From a virus, in the IMG/VR virus record IMGVR_UViG_3300045988_159857, positions 32,001 to 96,000 of that record: a DNA stretch of 64,000 nucleotides, one strand, 5' to 3'. The translations under genes and the position numbers were made by a program. Positions 42,686 to 52,455 of this stretch are shown here, piece after piece (within the stretch, counting starts at the first letter, position 1; every line of letters begins with the position of its first letter). The notes beneath the pieces were generated by a model. The model ran no database searches, was not told where the DNA came from, and saw only the letters and a list, made by a program, of their open reading frames with translations.

Positions 42686-43485
42686 TTAACACCTTTCAAT
42701 TCAAATAAATAACGTTCAAAAAGATACTTTTTATTAACTCCCCTTGTTTTACATTTTTTGATATAATCATTTGTTAACCAATAATCTTCAAAAGCTCTAG
42801 GATAATTTTTAATCATTCTATCATAAGAAATGTTTAACAAGATTTTCCAGAATAAATCAACATCATATTTATTCTTTTCCCTTTCAAAGGCCAGCCTACT
42901 AGAAATACTTAAAATATTGGCATAAGTAGCCAAATTTATCTTATCAAAAATTTTATTACCAAATTCAAATAGTTCCTTTAAATTGTAACTTTGTAAGAGT
43001 TGTACATCTCCCGGTGTTTTCGCTATCTCTAACACTAACTCATTATCGTTATCGTTTTCAATATCCATAAACTGTCTTAAACAATTTACATTGTAAGGGT
43101 TAAGGGTTAAACAATAACATCTATTTCTTATAGTACATATCTGGTTATATTTATTCGTAGTTAATAACACAATAAAGGCATTTTTTAAGGGTTCTTCAAG
43201 AAACTTTAAAATGGTATTTTCGTTTTTAACTGTTATTTTATCACAATCAATTAAATATAGAAAAGGTTCTACTTTAAGATATATTTCATTTATTGTGTCT
43301 AGATTTAGTTTCTCTGATATATCAACTACAGTTAACCCAAACTTATCAGCAATGTAATTTGTAATTAAATGTTTACCGCCACCTTTTGGACCTTCTAACA
43401 TTAACGTTTTTGGAAAAGTGTCAAGATTATTACTATCTATGAAATTTAGTATTAAATCTTGATTAAGTATTTTCATCACTGACAC
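42682..43485 (-). CDS. clamp-loader delta-prime-like AAA+ subunit
   Basis: LMLEGPKGGGKHL, followed by a FLEEP and TIRNRC pattern. Confidence 0.6.
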   Translation of the reverse strand: MSVMKILNQDLILNFIDSNNLDTFPKTLMLEGPKGGGKHLITNYIADKFGLTVVDISEKLNLDTINEIYLKVEPFLYLIDCDKITVKNENTILKFLEEPLKNAFIVLLTTNKYNQICTIRNRCYCLTLNPYNVNCLRQFMDIENDNDNELVLEIAKTPGDVQLLQSYNLKELFEFGNKIFDKINLATYANILSISSRLAFEREKNKYDVDLFWKILLNISYDRMIKNYPRAFEDYWLTNDYIKKCKTRGVNKKYLFERYLFELKGVN

Positions 43486-44495
43486 CTCGTCATTTGCAAA
43501 AACATAACGATTACGGTATTTTTCAAATTACTATCATCCTTAATAACTTGTTTAACATTAAGTAACTTATCAAGTAGGTATGAGTAATAATTTGTAGGAT
43601 TTTCAAAAGCTATACACCTTTTTATCTCTTCTTCGTAATTCGAAGGAATTGAAGTAATTTCAACATCATTAAACAAGGCGTATTTATCAATATCCATTAC
43701 AAAAGTAAAAAACTTATCAACAAATATTTTTAAGTCGTTTCCTTTGTTGTAAAAATCATCAATAGTTTTTATAACTACTTTTTCATTACCATCTATAATA
43801 GCATTAACAAGTTCAAAAAATGACTCATATGAATAATTTCCTAAACTTTCAAGAACATTTTGAATTGCTAAATCGTTTGAATATCCTGAACATTTTTCAA
43901 GGGTTGAGATAGCATCTCTCATTCCTCCATCACTTATTTTGGCGATATACTCACAAGCTTCAGCATAATTCGTAAACCCTTCTTGTTTACAAATAAATTT
44001 CAATCTTTCCGTTATTTGTTGAGTACTTATTCTCGAAATGTTAAATCTCTGTACCCTATTAAGTATTGTATTTGGTATTTTCTGTGGGTCGGTTGTACAA
44101 AACATAAATATCGTATAAGCAGGTGGTTCTTCAATTGCCTTTAAGAATGCTTGCCAAGCTTGGTTACTTAATGCGTGACACTCATCAATTATGTAGATTT
44201 TATACTCGCTATCTATAGAACGTTCTTTTGCTGCATTTATAATACTTTTTACATTGTCAACCCCGTTGTTAGACGCTCCATCTATTTCAATCGGTTCGCC
44301 AACATTCCCGTTTATTTTTTTAGCAAAAATTCGAGCAATCGTTGTTTTACCACAACCTGATGCTCCAGCAAATAAATAACTATTTTTAATGTTGTGTGTC
44401 TCTAATTGTCTATTAAGTATATGCACAACGGACCTTTGAGAACAAACATCTTCCCAGTCTTGAGGGCGATATTTTGTTGCCAAACTTTGTGCCAT
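43476..44495 (-). CDS. dnaX: DNA polymerase III gamma/tau-like clamp-loader ATPase
   Basis: GASGCGKTT, IIDECHALS, LKAIEEPP and ILNRVQRF motifs. Confidence 0.85.
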   Translation of the reverse strand: MAQSLATKYRPQDWEDVCSQRSVVHILNRQLETHNIKNSYLFAGASGCGKTTIARIFAKKINGNVGEPIEIDGASNNGVDNVKSIINAAKERSIDSEYKIYIIDECHALSNQAWQAFLKAIEEPPAYTIFMFCTTDPQKIPNTILNRVQRFNISRISTQQITERLKFICKQEGFTNYAEACEYIAKISDGGMRDAISTLEKCSGYSNDLAIQNVLESLGNYSYESFFELVNAIIDGNEKVVIKTIDDFYNKGNDLKIFVDKFFTFVMDIDKYALFNDVEITSIPSNYEEEIKRCIAFENPTNYYSYLLDKLLNVKQVIKDDSNLKNTVIVMFLQMTRCQ

Positions 44496-44534
44496 TTAGA
44501 TAACACTCCTTCCAGTTACATACTATTTTACATA

Positions 44535-44567
44535 TATTATAAAAAATAAGCCACCAAAAATCAACTA
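44535..44567 (-). promoter_or_regulatory. SigA-type promoter (TTAGTTGA family) embedded in a terminator hairpin
   Basis: TTAG+TTGATT (44558-44563), 17-nt spacer, TATAAT (44535-44540). Confidence 0.7.
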
Positions 44568-44578
44568 ATTGGTGGCTT
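44538..44578 (-). terminator. rho-independent terminator whose loop carries the -35 box
   Basis: 9-bp stem AAGCCACCA/TGGTGGCTT (44547-44555/44569-44577), then ATTTTTTATAAT on the minus strand. Confidence 0.7.
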
Positions 44579-44583
44579 AACCT

Positions 44584-44958
44584 TTATAACTTTTCTATTA
44601 TTTTTACGCTTTTCGAAGGTAACCAACCTTCCCAAATGTAACTTGTATCAAGGTTGTTGGTAATATCATATCCAACTCCTTTTATCTTTAGCATTTTACC
44701 CATACACTGTAATACTTGAGCTTTCATAAATTCGTATTTTGGTACAATACCTTTGTTCCAATTACTATGTAAATTAAAATCTGGAGGGGGATTTATAATA
44801 TAATGTTCAAGCTGTATTAAGTACCAAGAATTCACATCAAAAACTGTTTTCTTATTTAACTCTTGTTTTGGAATAAATAGTTCTAATGTCTCCGGTGTGT
44901 ATGGGGGTACTTTACAAAGTTTTAATTTTTTAAGTTGGTCTTCAATTATTTTGTTCAT
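44584..44958 (-). CDS. hypothetical protein
   Basis: 124-aa ORF. Confidence 0.6.
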   Translation of the reverse strand: MNKIIEDQLKKLKLCKVPPYTPETLELFIPKQELNKKTVFDVNSWYLIQLEHYIINPPPDFNLHSNWNKGIVPKYEFMKAQVLQCMGKMLKIKGVGYDITNNLDTSYIWEGWLPSKSVKIIEKL

Positions 44959-45572
44959 TAGGCCTTATCCACATAACAACTTAACATATCAGCTAAATGT
45001 AGTAATACCGCTAAAGGATACTTGTCATAAACTAAACCAATGTTATCTTGTGCACTATCGAATGACATTCCTCCCATATGATGAAGTATTGCAACACTTT
45101 CTTCTACAGTTAAAGGTATATACTGTCTGATAAGAAATTCTGAATTCTGTTCGTGATTTCCATAAATGAATAAGTTGTTATTATCTTTTGTTTTGTAACT
45201 ATCCTCTTTTGTCCAATTTGGACAGTCTTTTGATGGAGGCACATTTCGGGTATAAATTTCATACTTGTTAATTTTATCCAAATCGTGCAGCAAAGACACA
45301 ATTATGATACTCTCTTCACTAATATTTGTTAAATGTTTTGAGTTAACAAGACTAACAAGGTTATGATATACACACAAACAATGGTCCGCTAAACCTCCTG
45401 GATAACTACCGTGATACTTAGTTGAGGCAGGGGCTGTGTAGAAATCACTATTCTCTAATCTAGAAAGTAGTTCGTCAATGTTTGCCCCACTTCTTGTAAT
45501 CTTTTTAATTAGTTGCTCAATGTTATCGGCATTTGCTTGAATTTCGTCATTAGTTAATACTTGTTTAATCAC
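44958..45572 (-). CDS. HD-domain metal-dependent phosphohydrolase
   Basis: YHGSYPGGLADH..LLHDLDK..HH pattern. Confidence 0.7.
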   Translation of the reverse strand: MIKQVLTNDEIQANADNIEQLIKKITRSGANIDELLSRLENSDFYTAPASTKYHGSYPGGLADHCLCVYHNLVSLVNSKHLTNISEESIIIVSLLHDLDKINKYEIYTRNVPPSKDCPNWTKEDSYKTKDNNNLFIYGNHEQNSEFLIRQYIPLTVEESVAILHHMGGMSFDSAQDNIGLVYDKYPLAVLLHLADMLSCYVDKA

Positions 45573-45590
45573 TTTTATAACCTCGTAAAA

Positions 45591-45929
45591 TTAAACTGCA
45601 AATTCCCGCATCTTTCGAGTGTCTACAATTTCTCTCTTCCACTTGATTCTGTCGGCCTTTGTTATGTTGGTAACTCCTGTGTGTTTACCACATCTTGTGC
45701 TATTGTAATGAGCTCTCCATTCAGGACAAACATGATACTTAACCATTTTGGGACTAATTGACAACTTCTTACTAATTTCAGAAATGCTTATACCTTTTTC
45801 ATACATTCCTTTCATACGATTAAGAGTTGAATTACTAAACTTGCGTTTACGGTCAAATCTAGTTCCCTGAATATTGATAACCTTATCAATTTCGTTATCA
45901 GTCATTTTCAAAATTTCGCTTCTTGTCAT
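45591..45929 (-). CDS. helix-turn-helix DNA-binding protein
   Basis: GISISEISKKLSISPKMVKYH (resolvase/terminase-small-type HTH). Confidence 0.55.
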   Translation of the reverse strand: MTRSEILKMTDNEIDKVINIQGTRFDRKRKFSNSTLNRMKGMYEKGISISEISKKLSISPKMVKYHVCPEWRAHYNSTRCGKHTGVTNITKADRIKWKREIVDTRKMREFAV

Positions 45930-45964
45930 CTAGTTACTTCCTCTCAAATATATTTTATACTGAT

Positions 45965-45997
45965 AGTATATAATAATTTTATATAATTTTCAACTAA
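45965..45997 (-). promoter_or_regulatory. SigA-type promoter (TTAGTTGA family)
   Basis: TTAG+TTGAAA (45988-45993), 17-nt spacer, TATACT (45965-45970). Confidence 0.6.
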
Positions 45998-45998
45998 G

Positions 45999-46346
45999 TT
46001 ATTCAGACAAACCCTGAACAAGATACTTCATTAACTTTTCGTTAATAACGTAATAATTATCACCGTCAGGTTCAAAATTAAAACAAAGACAGTTGTTTGA
46101 GTGTCGTGTCATAAAGGCTTCTTTTTTATTTTTTTCCAACCATTCTTTTTTAACCGAAAAAGAACTCTTAGGGGACATTGAACATTTAGCTTCAATGAGC
46201 ATGTTAGCCAAAGGTATTTCAATGTCACCTTTTTGAAAGTTACCCGCCCCGGAGTTCGACTGTCGTCTACCTCCGAGGGCTTTACAAATACTTTCTTCAT
46301 GTTTAGTAGAATAATATCGTGTACTTTCTTTATTTTTAGTCATCAC
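45999..46346 (-). CDS. PD-(D/E)XK-type nuclease, possible Holliday-junction resolvase
   Basis: EESICKALGG..SGAGNFQKGDIE..LIEAKCS pattern (D..E.K). Confidence 0.45.
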   Translation of the reverse strand: MMTKNKESTRYYSTKHEESICKALGGRRQSNSGAGNFQKGDIEIPLANMLIEAKCSMSPKSSFSVKKEWLEKNKKEAFMTRHSNNCLCFNFEPDGDNYYVINEKLMKYLVQGLSE

Positions 46347-47520
46347 GATTTTCCTCTTCTAAATCTATATTAAATACTTCGTTCAAATCTACTCCCAACA
46401 TCTGTTCGAAAGAAATAATTGAAGGGTCTAGTTTTTGTGACAATTTTTCATAAACTTTATCATAAAGTTTTTTCCAAAGGTCTTTATGCTCTTCAAAATA
46501 AGGTTTAACGTTTTTCTTACCTCTTATTTTTATTTCGTTACCTTCAGCGTCACACATTAACTCGCCGGTTTCGGGGTCAATTATTTTGAATGTACCTTGA
46601 ACACTATTGTCTATAAGTCCAAAATAGGTGGCTACTTCAATGGTGTCTTGCATAATATCAACACCTCTATCGTAGTTAATGTACATTCTACCCAATTTTC
46701 TATCCCACTTACAAACCTTCGTTTTAAGTACGGCAGCTTCCATTATGTATCCAGCAGGTGACTCGGCACTATTTGTCAATACATTACCTTCTTCGTCAAT
46801 GAACGATGATTTCTTAAACATCATTCTTACATCACAAGCGTGTTTCCAACCTCTACCACCGGCAGTTTTAAGAGGGTTACCGTAACCACTGATATTTTCT
46901 CTTAATTGATTGATACCGATAAGGGTACAATTATACTTAACAAGCATACCTTTTACTCTTCTTGCAAAATCACCAAGAGGTTTTGCAATACCACCCATAT
47001 CTTTTTTAGTCAACGACTCTCCAAAAACTTGTTGAGGTACTAACATATTTAAGGAGTCAAGAATAACTAAACCTATCTGACCGGAACGAATTGACTGTAA
47101 TATAACATCAAAAATGTCTTCTGCACACATATCAATTCCTGTAAATCTTAATGTTTTGACGACCTCGTTGTTCATATCGTAACCCATTTTCAAAGACCAA
47201 GTAGGGTCTGCCCCACACTCAAGGTCTACAAATAATATTCCTCTTGGGTTTTCAGGATTTCTCTCTATTTCTTTACGCATATATGAAGCCGCAACAAGAT
47301 AAGCCGTAGTTGTTTTACCGGAACCTTCAGCACCACTAAATTCTACACAACGTCTTTCAGGAAAACAATTATACAAACAAAAGTCAAATCCGGGTGAACC
47401 TAACGATAATGTTCCATAGTGTGTTAAATCTTCCACACCTATTGACATTACATCATTACCAAACTTTTTTGTTACATTCTTTAATATTTCGTTAAGACTT
47501 AAAATTTCTTCTTTAGCCAT
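46336..47520 (-). CDS. RecA/UvsX-family recombinase
   Basis: Walker A GAEGSGKTT, Walker B LVILDSLN, and a later TAGGRGWKH. Confidence 0.8.
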   Translation of the reverse strand: MAKEEILSLNEILKNVTKKFGNDVMSIGVEDLTHYGTLSLGSPGFDFCLYNCFPERRCVEFSGAEGSGKTTTAYLVAASYMRKEIERNPENPRGILFVDLECGADPTWSLKMGYDMNNEVVKTLRFTGIDMCAEDIFDVILQSIRSGQIGLVILDSLNMLVPQQVFGESLTKKDMGGIAKPLGDFARRVKGMLVKYNCTLIGINQLRENISGYGNPLKTAGGRGWKHACDVRMMFKKSSFIDEEGNVLTNSAESPAGYIMEAAVLKTKVCKWDRKLGRMYINYDRGVDIMQDTIEVATYFGLIDNSVQGTFKIIDPETGELMCDAEGNEIKIRGKKNVKPYFEEHKDLWKKLYDKVYEKLSQKLDPSIISFEQMLGVDLNEVFNIDLEEENRDD

Positions 47521-48098
47521 TAAAACTCCTCACTACCTACTACAACAGAACCTGTGTTTCTTGTATAGTCTAACTGGTTTTCTTGCATTCGCTTACTTAT
47601 GATTTTTCTTAAACTAGATAACATTTCATAAGCAGCCTCTATCTTATACTTAATTTGTCTATATACTCGAGAATAAATGTTATTAACAACAGTTTGATAC
47701 CTACTATCATTTTCCGCCATTACTGTAAGTTCAGCTACTGTCGGTTTCTTTTTCTGGTCACCTACATTAGTTAAGTTATTCGTGTAAGAATTGTTGTAAA
47801 CTTCCTTAGCCGAAAGTTTAGTAATATCATCCTTTATCCCCACACTCTCTAATCGTGTACCCATAAAGTACAGTATATTACTAAGTTCCATTACAAGTTT
47901 TTCGAGAATGTTATCAGAGGGTGTATTTTCAACAGCATTTTCCTTAATTTTTACAAGAAGTTTGTCTAAGTCCGAGGTGTAAGCTTTAACCACTTCGTCG
48001 GAAATATTTGTAAATAAACTAGAAGCTTCGTCAGTTTTTTCGAAAACATTTGTGATTTCAACTTTTGACTGTTCATTCTCAATAAAAGTTTTTTCCAT
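47520..48098 (-). CDS. hypothetical protein
   Basis: 192-aa ORF between the recombinase and the resolvase. Confidence 0.55.
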   Translation of the reverse strand: MEKTFIENEQSKVEITNVFEKTDEASSLFTNISDEVVKAYTSDLDKLLVKIKENAVENTPSDNILEKLVMELSNILYFMGTRLESVGIKDDITKLSAKEVYNNSYTNNLTNVGDQKKKPTVAELTVMAENDSRYQTVVNNIYSRVYRQIKYKIEAAYEMLSSLRKIISKRMQENQLDYTRNTGSVVVGSEEF

Positions 48099-48100
48099 AT

Positions 48101-48568
48101 TTAATCCCCTTCTTTCAATTTAGTCAACAATGTATAGTCGGTGTCCATAAATATTCGCCTTTTTGTTGAAGGTAATTCAAATATTCTATAATTCGAATTA
48201 AGATGTCTCATCCCAACAGACTTCTCTCCGTTTTCTTTTAGCTCAGTAATCGTCTTAGTCGGTATATATAACACTTTATCCTTCTCATATAACCACAACA
48301 CGACACCACTCCTAACACCTTTTATAGATACCTTTTTACAAAGGTTTTCATATTGAGATATGTTACAAAGGGGCAATGAAGCCCCTTTATGTGTCTTACA
48401 TTCAAGATAAAATATATTAGGAAATATAAATCCAATATAGTCTGAAATTTGTTTTATACTTTTATATCCCATTACAACGTCATATAGTCTATCTATTGTG
48501 GCGTTAGGAACTTTCAAAAAATCTTCTTTAAACTTTTTTTCAAAAGTTTTTCCAAAATCTTTAGACAT
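48101..48568 (-). CDS. RecU-like Holliday-junction resolvase
   Basis: FEKKFKEDF..DRLYDV..SDYIGFIF..FYLECKTH..LPLCNISQYE matches the RecU D..E.K core and layout. Confidence 0.6.
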   Translation of the reverse strand: MSKDFGKTFEKKFKEDFLKVPNATIDRLYDVVMGYKSIKQISDYIGFIFPNIFYLECKTHKGASLPLCNISQYENLCKKVSIKGVRSGVVLWLYEKDKVLYIPTKTITELKENGEKSVGMRHLNSNYRIFELPSTKRRIFMDTDYTLLTKLKEGD

Positions 48569-49695
48569 TAGTCAACTACACACTCAGGAATTACATTTGT
48601 AATCCTACCTCTTGTTAAAACAATTGAAGTGTTATTTCCAAAATTGATATTTAAGTACGGTTCGTTACAAGTCTCTAAGGTTGCTTTCAATTCAGGTAAA
48701 TCAAGAATAGCCGTATATGGCTCATCAATATCTAATACTGTGTTATTGTAATTAACAACTTCTTTGTTTTCTTTTTTAACATCATAAATAATTACAGAAT
48801 CTTTTCCAAACTCTAATGTACTGTATGGTTTAACAATATCTCTACTTCCTGACAAAGTGTTGAACAACAACAATCTACTAATAGCTTGTAACAAATACTC
48901 CTTGTTAATATTTATAGAATAAGGATATTCTGCAGTCGCAATACCTCTAATTGCTGATACCGGTACTTTTGAAAGTAAACTATCATCACAAGACAGGATA
49001 GCTGTTAATTTAATATCAGGCGAGGTAAACGAAACTTTTGTTTGAATTATATCTTCGCTAATATTATCATAACCAATTTTCAAATTAACTTTTGAACCGT
49101 CAAACAACTTAAACAACTTAACAAGTCTATCGTTAAACAACAACTTAACTTCCTGAGGAAGATTAAAAGAGTTAACACAAGCACCACTTGTAAATGTTAT
49201 AGCGCCCTTTTCATCAACATAGTACAAACGCTGTACAGGACGAGCTATTGTACCTTTAAGTAATTCCTTACTGTTATATTGAAGAATACTTGTTAATATG
49301 TCACTATCAATTTCAAATTCGTTAGTTACATTCTTAATTTCAATTTCAGGTAACTCGAGAAGTTTATCACCGTCGAAAATCAGTGGAAGTTTATAAGTTC
49401 CATTAGCCACGACTACAACATAATTATCCTTGATATTAAGTTCAACTGTATCCGTTGTTATCTGAGATATAAGTTTGAGGAACAACGTAGCATTTACAGT
49501 GGCGTGAAAATCTACAACTTCTCCAATATCTATCTTAACTTGTGCAAAATACTCTCTATTTGTAACATTCATATAAAGATAATTATCTACAGTTACTAAT
49601 TCAAGAGTTTCAGTAATAGTTGAAAGTGTATTACTATCAACTGCTGTAAGTATGTTTTTACAGGCATTTTGAAGTTTTTCAATTCTAATAATCAT
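48568..49695 (-). CDS. dnaN: DNA polymerase III beta sliding-clamp-like protein
   Basis: 375 aa with a three-domain beta-clamp-like repeat pattern. N-terminus IRIEKLQNACKNILTAVDS. Genomic context with the clamp loader supports the call. Confidence 0.65.
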   Translation of the reverse strand: MIIRIEKLQNACKNILTAVDSNTLSTITETLELVTVDNYLYMNVTNREYFAQVKIDIGEVVDFHATVNATLFLKLISQITTDTVELNIKDNYVVVVANGTYKLPLIFDGDKLLELPEIEIKNVTNEFEIDSDILTSILQYNSKELLKGTIARPVQRLYYVDEKGAITFTSGACVNSFNLPQEVKLLFNDRLVKLFKLFDGSKVNLKIGYDNISEDIIQTKVSFTSPDIKLTAILSCDDSLLSKVPVSAIRGIATAEYPYSININKEYLLQAISRLLLFNTLSGSRDIVKPYSTLEFGKDSVIIYDVKKENKEVVNYNNTVLDIDEPYTAILDLPELKATLETCNEPYLNINFGNNTSIVLTRGRITNVIPECVVD

Positions 49696-49706
49696 CTAGT
49701 TATCTC

Positions 49707-50651
49707 CTAAAATAATTCATTTTTGTGTATATTATTACCACAATACACATAGTTGTTTGCCCAATCCTTACCATAACGAAGATTAAACAATTCTCTCATT
49801 CGTGAGGCTTTAATATCATCGTCAATAAGAAGGTCGTCTAATGTCATTCCCATTTCGTTACAAACATTTTTAACAGCCTCTATAACAGCTGGGGATTGGT
49901 TGAGTACATGTTTATCATCACAAATTTTACGATTTGAGGTAAATAGAGTTTTCTTTCCTATTTGAATTTGTCCAAAAGCGGCAAGCTTTAGCCACGTCGT
50001 ACTGTCGGAACTTGTAAAAGGGAAGTTTTCAAGAATTTTATAAGTCGAAATTCCAAATGCATGAGTCTTGACGTTTGGGTTACTACTATTCTTAATTATT
50101 GTAAAAACTTTTTCAAGCCACGGTTTCCAAGTGCTACTTGGTAAACTTTTGTTTGGTGAAATACCTATGTATTTAATATGACTACCATCTTCGTGTGTAT
50201 ATTCAAGCATATTTTTCAACCACTTGAAATCTTCCTGTTGGTGAAAAACTGGTATTAACTTATCCCTAGATTTAACACGGTCTTTCATATACAGATAATT
50301 TTCCCAACTAAGTTTGGGTGCTTCTAATTGTTGCTCAATAGTTACTTCTTGACCTCTTATACCAGCAATTGTATCGAGTTGGGCGAAAACAGTAGTATAG
50401 TCGTCAATAGAATTAAGAAATTCTATATATTCGTCAACATCTATAGTAACACCTTTAGTATGTGCAGTAAAGGCACCACTATCAATAAATAGATTACATT
50501 TACATTCTGGATGTTCTTTTAAATAGTCAACCCATTCCAAAATATGCTTCTTTTCGGTATACTGTGACAACAATTGATGATATCCAATTTCACGTTTGAA
50601 AGCATCTGTTTCTTTTGTTGTTGTCCCTGCCGCATATAATGTAAACGCCAC
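49707..50651 (-). CDS. dpdA: DpdA-like DNA (7-deazaguanine) transglycosylase
   Basis: 314 aa with FIDSGAFTAH, IPVFHQ, YIGISP and FTSSDSTTW motifs of the Tgt/DpdA fold. It lacks the CxCxxC..H zinc site and the length of tRNA Tgt. Adjacent to queC. Confidence 0.65.
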   Translation of the reverse strand: MAFTLYAAGTTTKETDAFKREIGYHQLLSQYTEKKHILEWVDYLKEHPECKCNLFIDSGAFTAHTKGVTIDVDEYIEFLNSIDDYTTVFAQLDTIAGIRGQEVTIEQQLEAPKLSWENYLYMKDRVKSRDKLIPVFHQQEDFKWLKNMLEYTHEDGSHIKYIGISPNKSLPSSTWKPWLEKVFTIIKNSSNPNVKTHAFGISTYKILENFPFTSSDSTTWLKLAAFGQIQIGKKTLFTSNRKICDDKHVLNQSPAVIEAVKNVCNEMGMTLDDLLIDDDIKASRMRELFNLRYGKDWANNYVYCGNNIHKNELF

Positions 50652-51044
50652 TTACTCACTCTCCTTTAATTTATTTTTTATGTATCTATAGGTTTTATAC
50701 CAATTTATTTTACCCCCAGGAACACTTCTATCATCAACTATAAACAAAGCACATAATTTTCTAGGTTTAGTTTCAATTGAAGCTTCTTCTAAGGTTAGTA
50801 TTGGTAAGTCCCATTTATGAATCATTTTAACAGCATAATCATATCGTTCATCACATCGACATGTCCATAATATAAGAGTTAAGCCAAGTTCTTCAACTAA
50901 TTTTTTAGTATATTTTTCCGCTTTTTTACATAATGTCTTACCGTCTGTTGTTAACGTACCGTCAAAATCAATTCCTACTATTTTTAAGTTTTTCGTATAT
51001 TTCGATAACATCTGGTTTCTGTTTTTCATAATTATTTCCAACAT
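50652..51044 (-). CDS. HAD-superfamily phosphatase-like protein
   Basis: IVGIDFDGTLT (DxDxT) and a later FIVDDR. The 5' end overlaps the queC 3' end, so the start is uncertain. Confidence 0.55.
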   Translation of the reverse strand: MLEIIMKNRNQMLSKYTKNLKIVGIDFDGTLTTDGKTLCKKAEKYTKKLVEELGLTLILWTCRCDERYDYAVKMIHKWDLPILTLEEASIETKPRKLCALFIVDDRSVPGGKINWYKTYRYIKNKLKESE

Positions 51045-51681
51045 AATTCATAAACTTTTCAATTGTTTCAGGGTCAAACTTATACCCATTGTTATAAAAA
51101 GCTGCAAACTTACTTGTGCACGATGTACACGACATACAAGGTTTACCATTTGTTGGATTATAACAACTTACAGTCGCATTGTAAGCTTCTTCAATATTAC
51201 CTCCATTATCAACAAACATCTTTAACAATTCAGTCTTTGTAGTGTCTTTAAAAGGTAATTTTACTACCACAGGACCTTCCCTTGTTTCACTTAATAGATA
51301 TGAAATAACATCTCCAGCTTTTGCTGCAAAGAGCGTTGTCTTGTCATAATGAGTACTTGAACCTGTCGCTCCTAAATAGATTTCGTTACCGTAATGTGCT
51401 GCTAAAGTTACAAAATGTAAATTTCTCAAAGGTAAAAAATAATTCTGGGACGGTCTTTCGTACTCACTTAAATCATAATCAACAACTTTTAATCTTGTTG
51501 TGTCAATTTTACCTTCTTCAACAAGTTTCAACAATTTTTCATACTCTACTTCATTGTTCGCTGTATGTATCCTAACAAACAATATAGTGTCAGGTTTAAT
51601 GAGGTGGTCAATCAACCAACTATCCATTCCACCACTATAAAGTAATACTTTACCTTCAGGAATTTTCAACACTTCGTTCAT
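50968..51681 (-). CDS. queC: 7-cyano-7-deazaguanine (preQ0) synthase
   Basis: PP-loop LLYSGGMDSW and C-terminal Cys cluster SCYNPTNGKPCMSCTSCTSK. Confidence 0.85.
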   Translation of the reverse strand: MNEVLKIPEGKVLLYSGGMDSWLIDHLIKPDTILFVRIHTANNEVEYEKLLKLVEEGKIDTTRLKVVDYDLSEYERPSQNYFLPLRNLHFVTLAAHYGNEIYLGATGSSTHYDKTTLFAAKAGDVISYLLSETREGPVVVKLPFKDTTKTELLKMFVDNGGNIEEAYNATVSCYNPTNGKPCMSCTSCTSKFAAFYNNGYKFDPETIEKFMNYVGNNYEKQKPDVIEIYEKLKNSRN

Positions 51682-52399
51682 ACATATTCTCCTTGTTTAT
51701 AATTAAATGTCTGGTTTCATAGTTTCCGACTTTATGTGCTATAAAAGTTGTTAAAGGAAGAATTATTGCTTCATAACCTGTTTTAAGGATAACTTGTAAA
51801 CAAATCATTGTGACTACTTCCTTAACAGTCATAATAGGATTAAGAACTAAAAATGCTAAAGGTAAGTAAATACAACTATCTACTATCTCACCTACAAAAC
51901 TGGAAAGTATGGCTCTCAACCCAAAACCTTTATGGTCAGTCACTTCGACATGACGTTTTTTCATCTTAGCAAAGATAACATCGTTAGCAAAATCTCCGAA
52001 AACATAAGCTATAATAGAAGCAACACTACAAGCAAAACTACCATTAAGTATCAATTTAAAAGAAGTTGATATTGTTACATAATAATCATTATTAGGTACC
52101 GGAAATTTACTGACAATTGCAAATATTATTATCATTAAAAGGTTACAAGTAAAGGCAATATAACACGTTCTTCTACTCCACTGATAACCGTAAACTTCTG
52201 AAAAGACGTCTGACAATATATAGGTTACAGGAAACAACATCACAGCACTTGTCATACTAAACCCGAAAAAGTTAAATATTCTAGAGGATATAATGTTTGA
52301 AATTAACAATGCGCAGACAAATATAATAGTTAGAATATTTTGAACGGGACTTATATTCTTATTGTCAAGTCCAAATTCTTTTTGTAAAAACTTTAACAT
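51656..52399 (-). CDS. yhhQ: queuosine-precursor transporter (YhhQ/VUT family)
   Basis: Multi-TM protein with LFPVTYILSDVFSEVYGYQWSRR, typical of YhhQ. Confidence 0.75.
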   Translation of the reverse strand: MLKFLQKEFGLDNKNISPVQNILTIIFVCALLISNIISSRIFNFFGFSMTSAVMLFPVTYILSDVFSEVYGYQWSRRTCYIAFTCNLLMIIIFAIVSKFPVPNNDYYVTISTSFKLILNGSFACSVASIIAYVFGDFANDVIFAKMKKRHVEVTDHKGFGLRAILSSFVGEIVDSCIYLPLAFLVLNPIMTVKEVVTMICLQVILKTGYEAIILPLTTFIAHKVGNYETRHLIINKENMYERSVENS

Positions 52400-52455
52400 T
52401 TAATTTTACTCCTTTAATTTTTTATGGTTGGGAAAGGATTACAACCAGATTTTGT

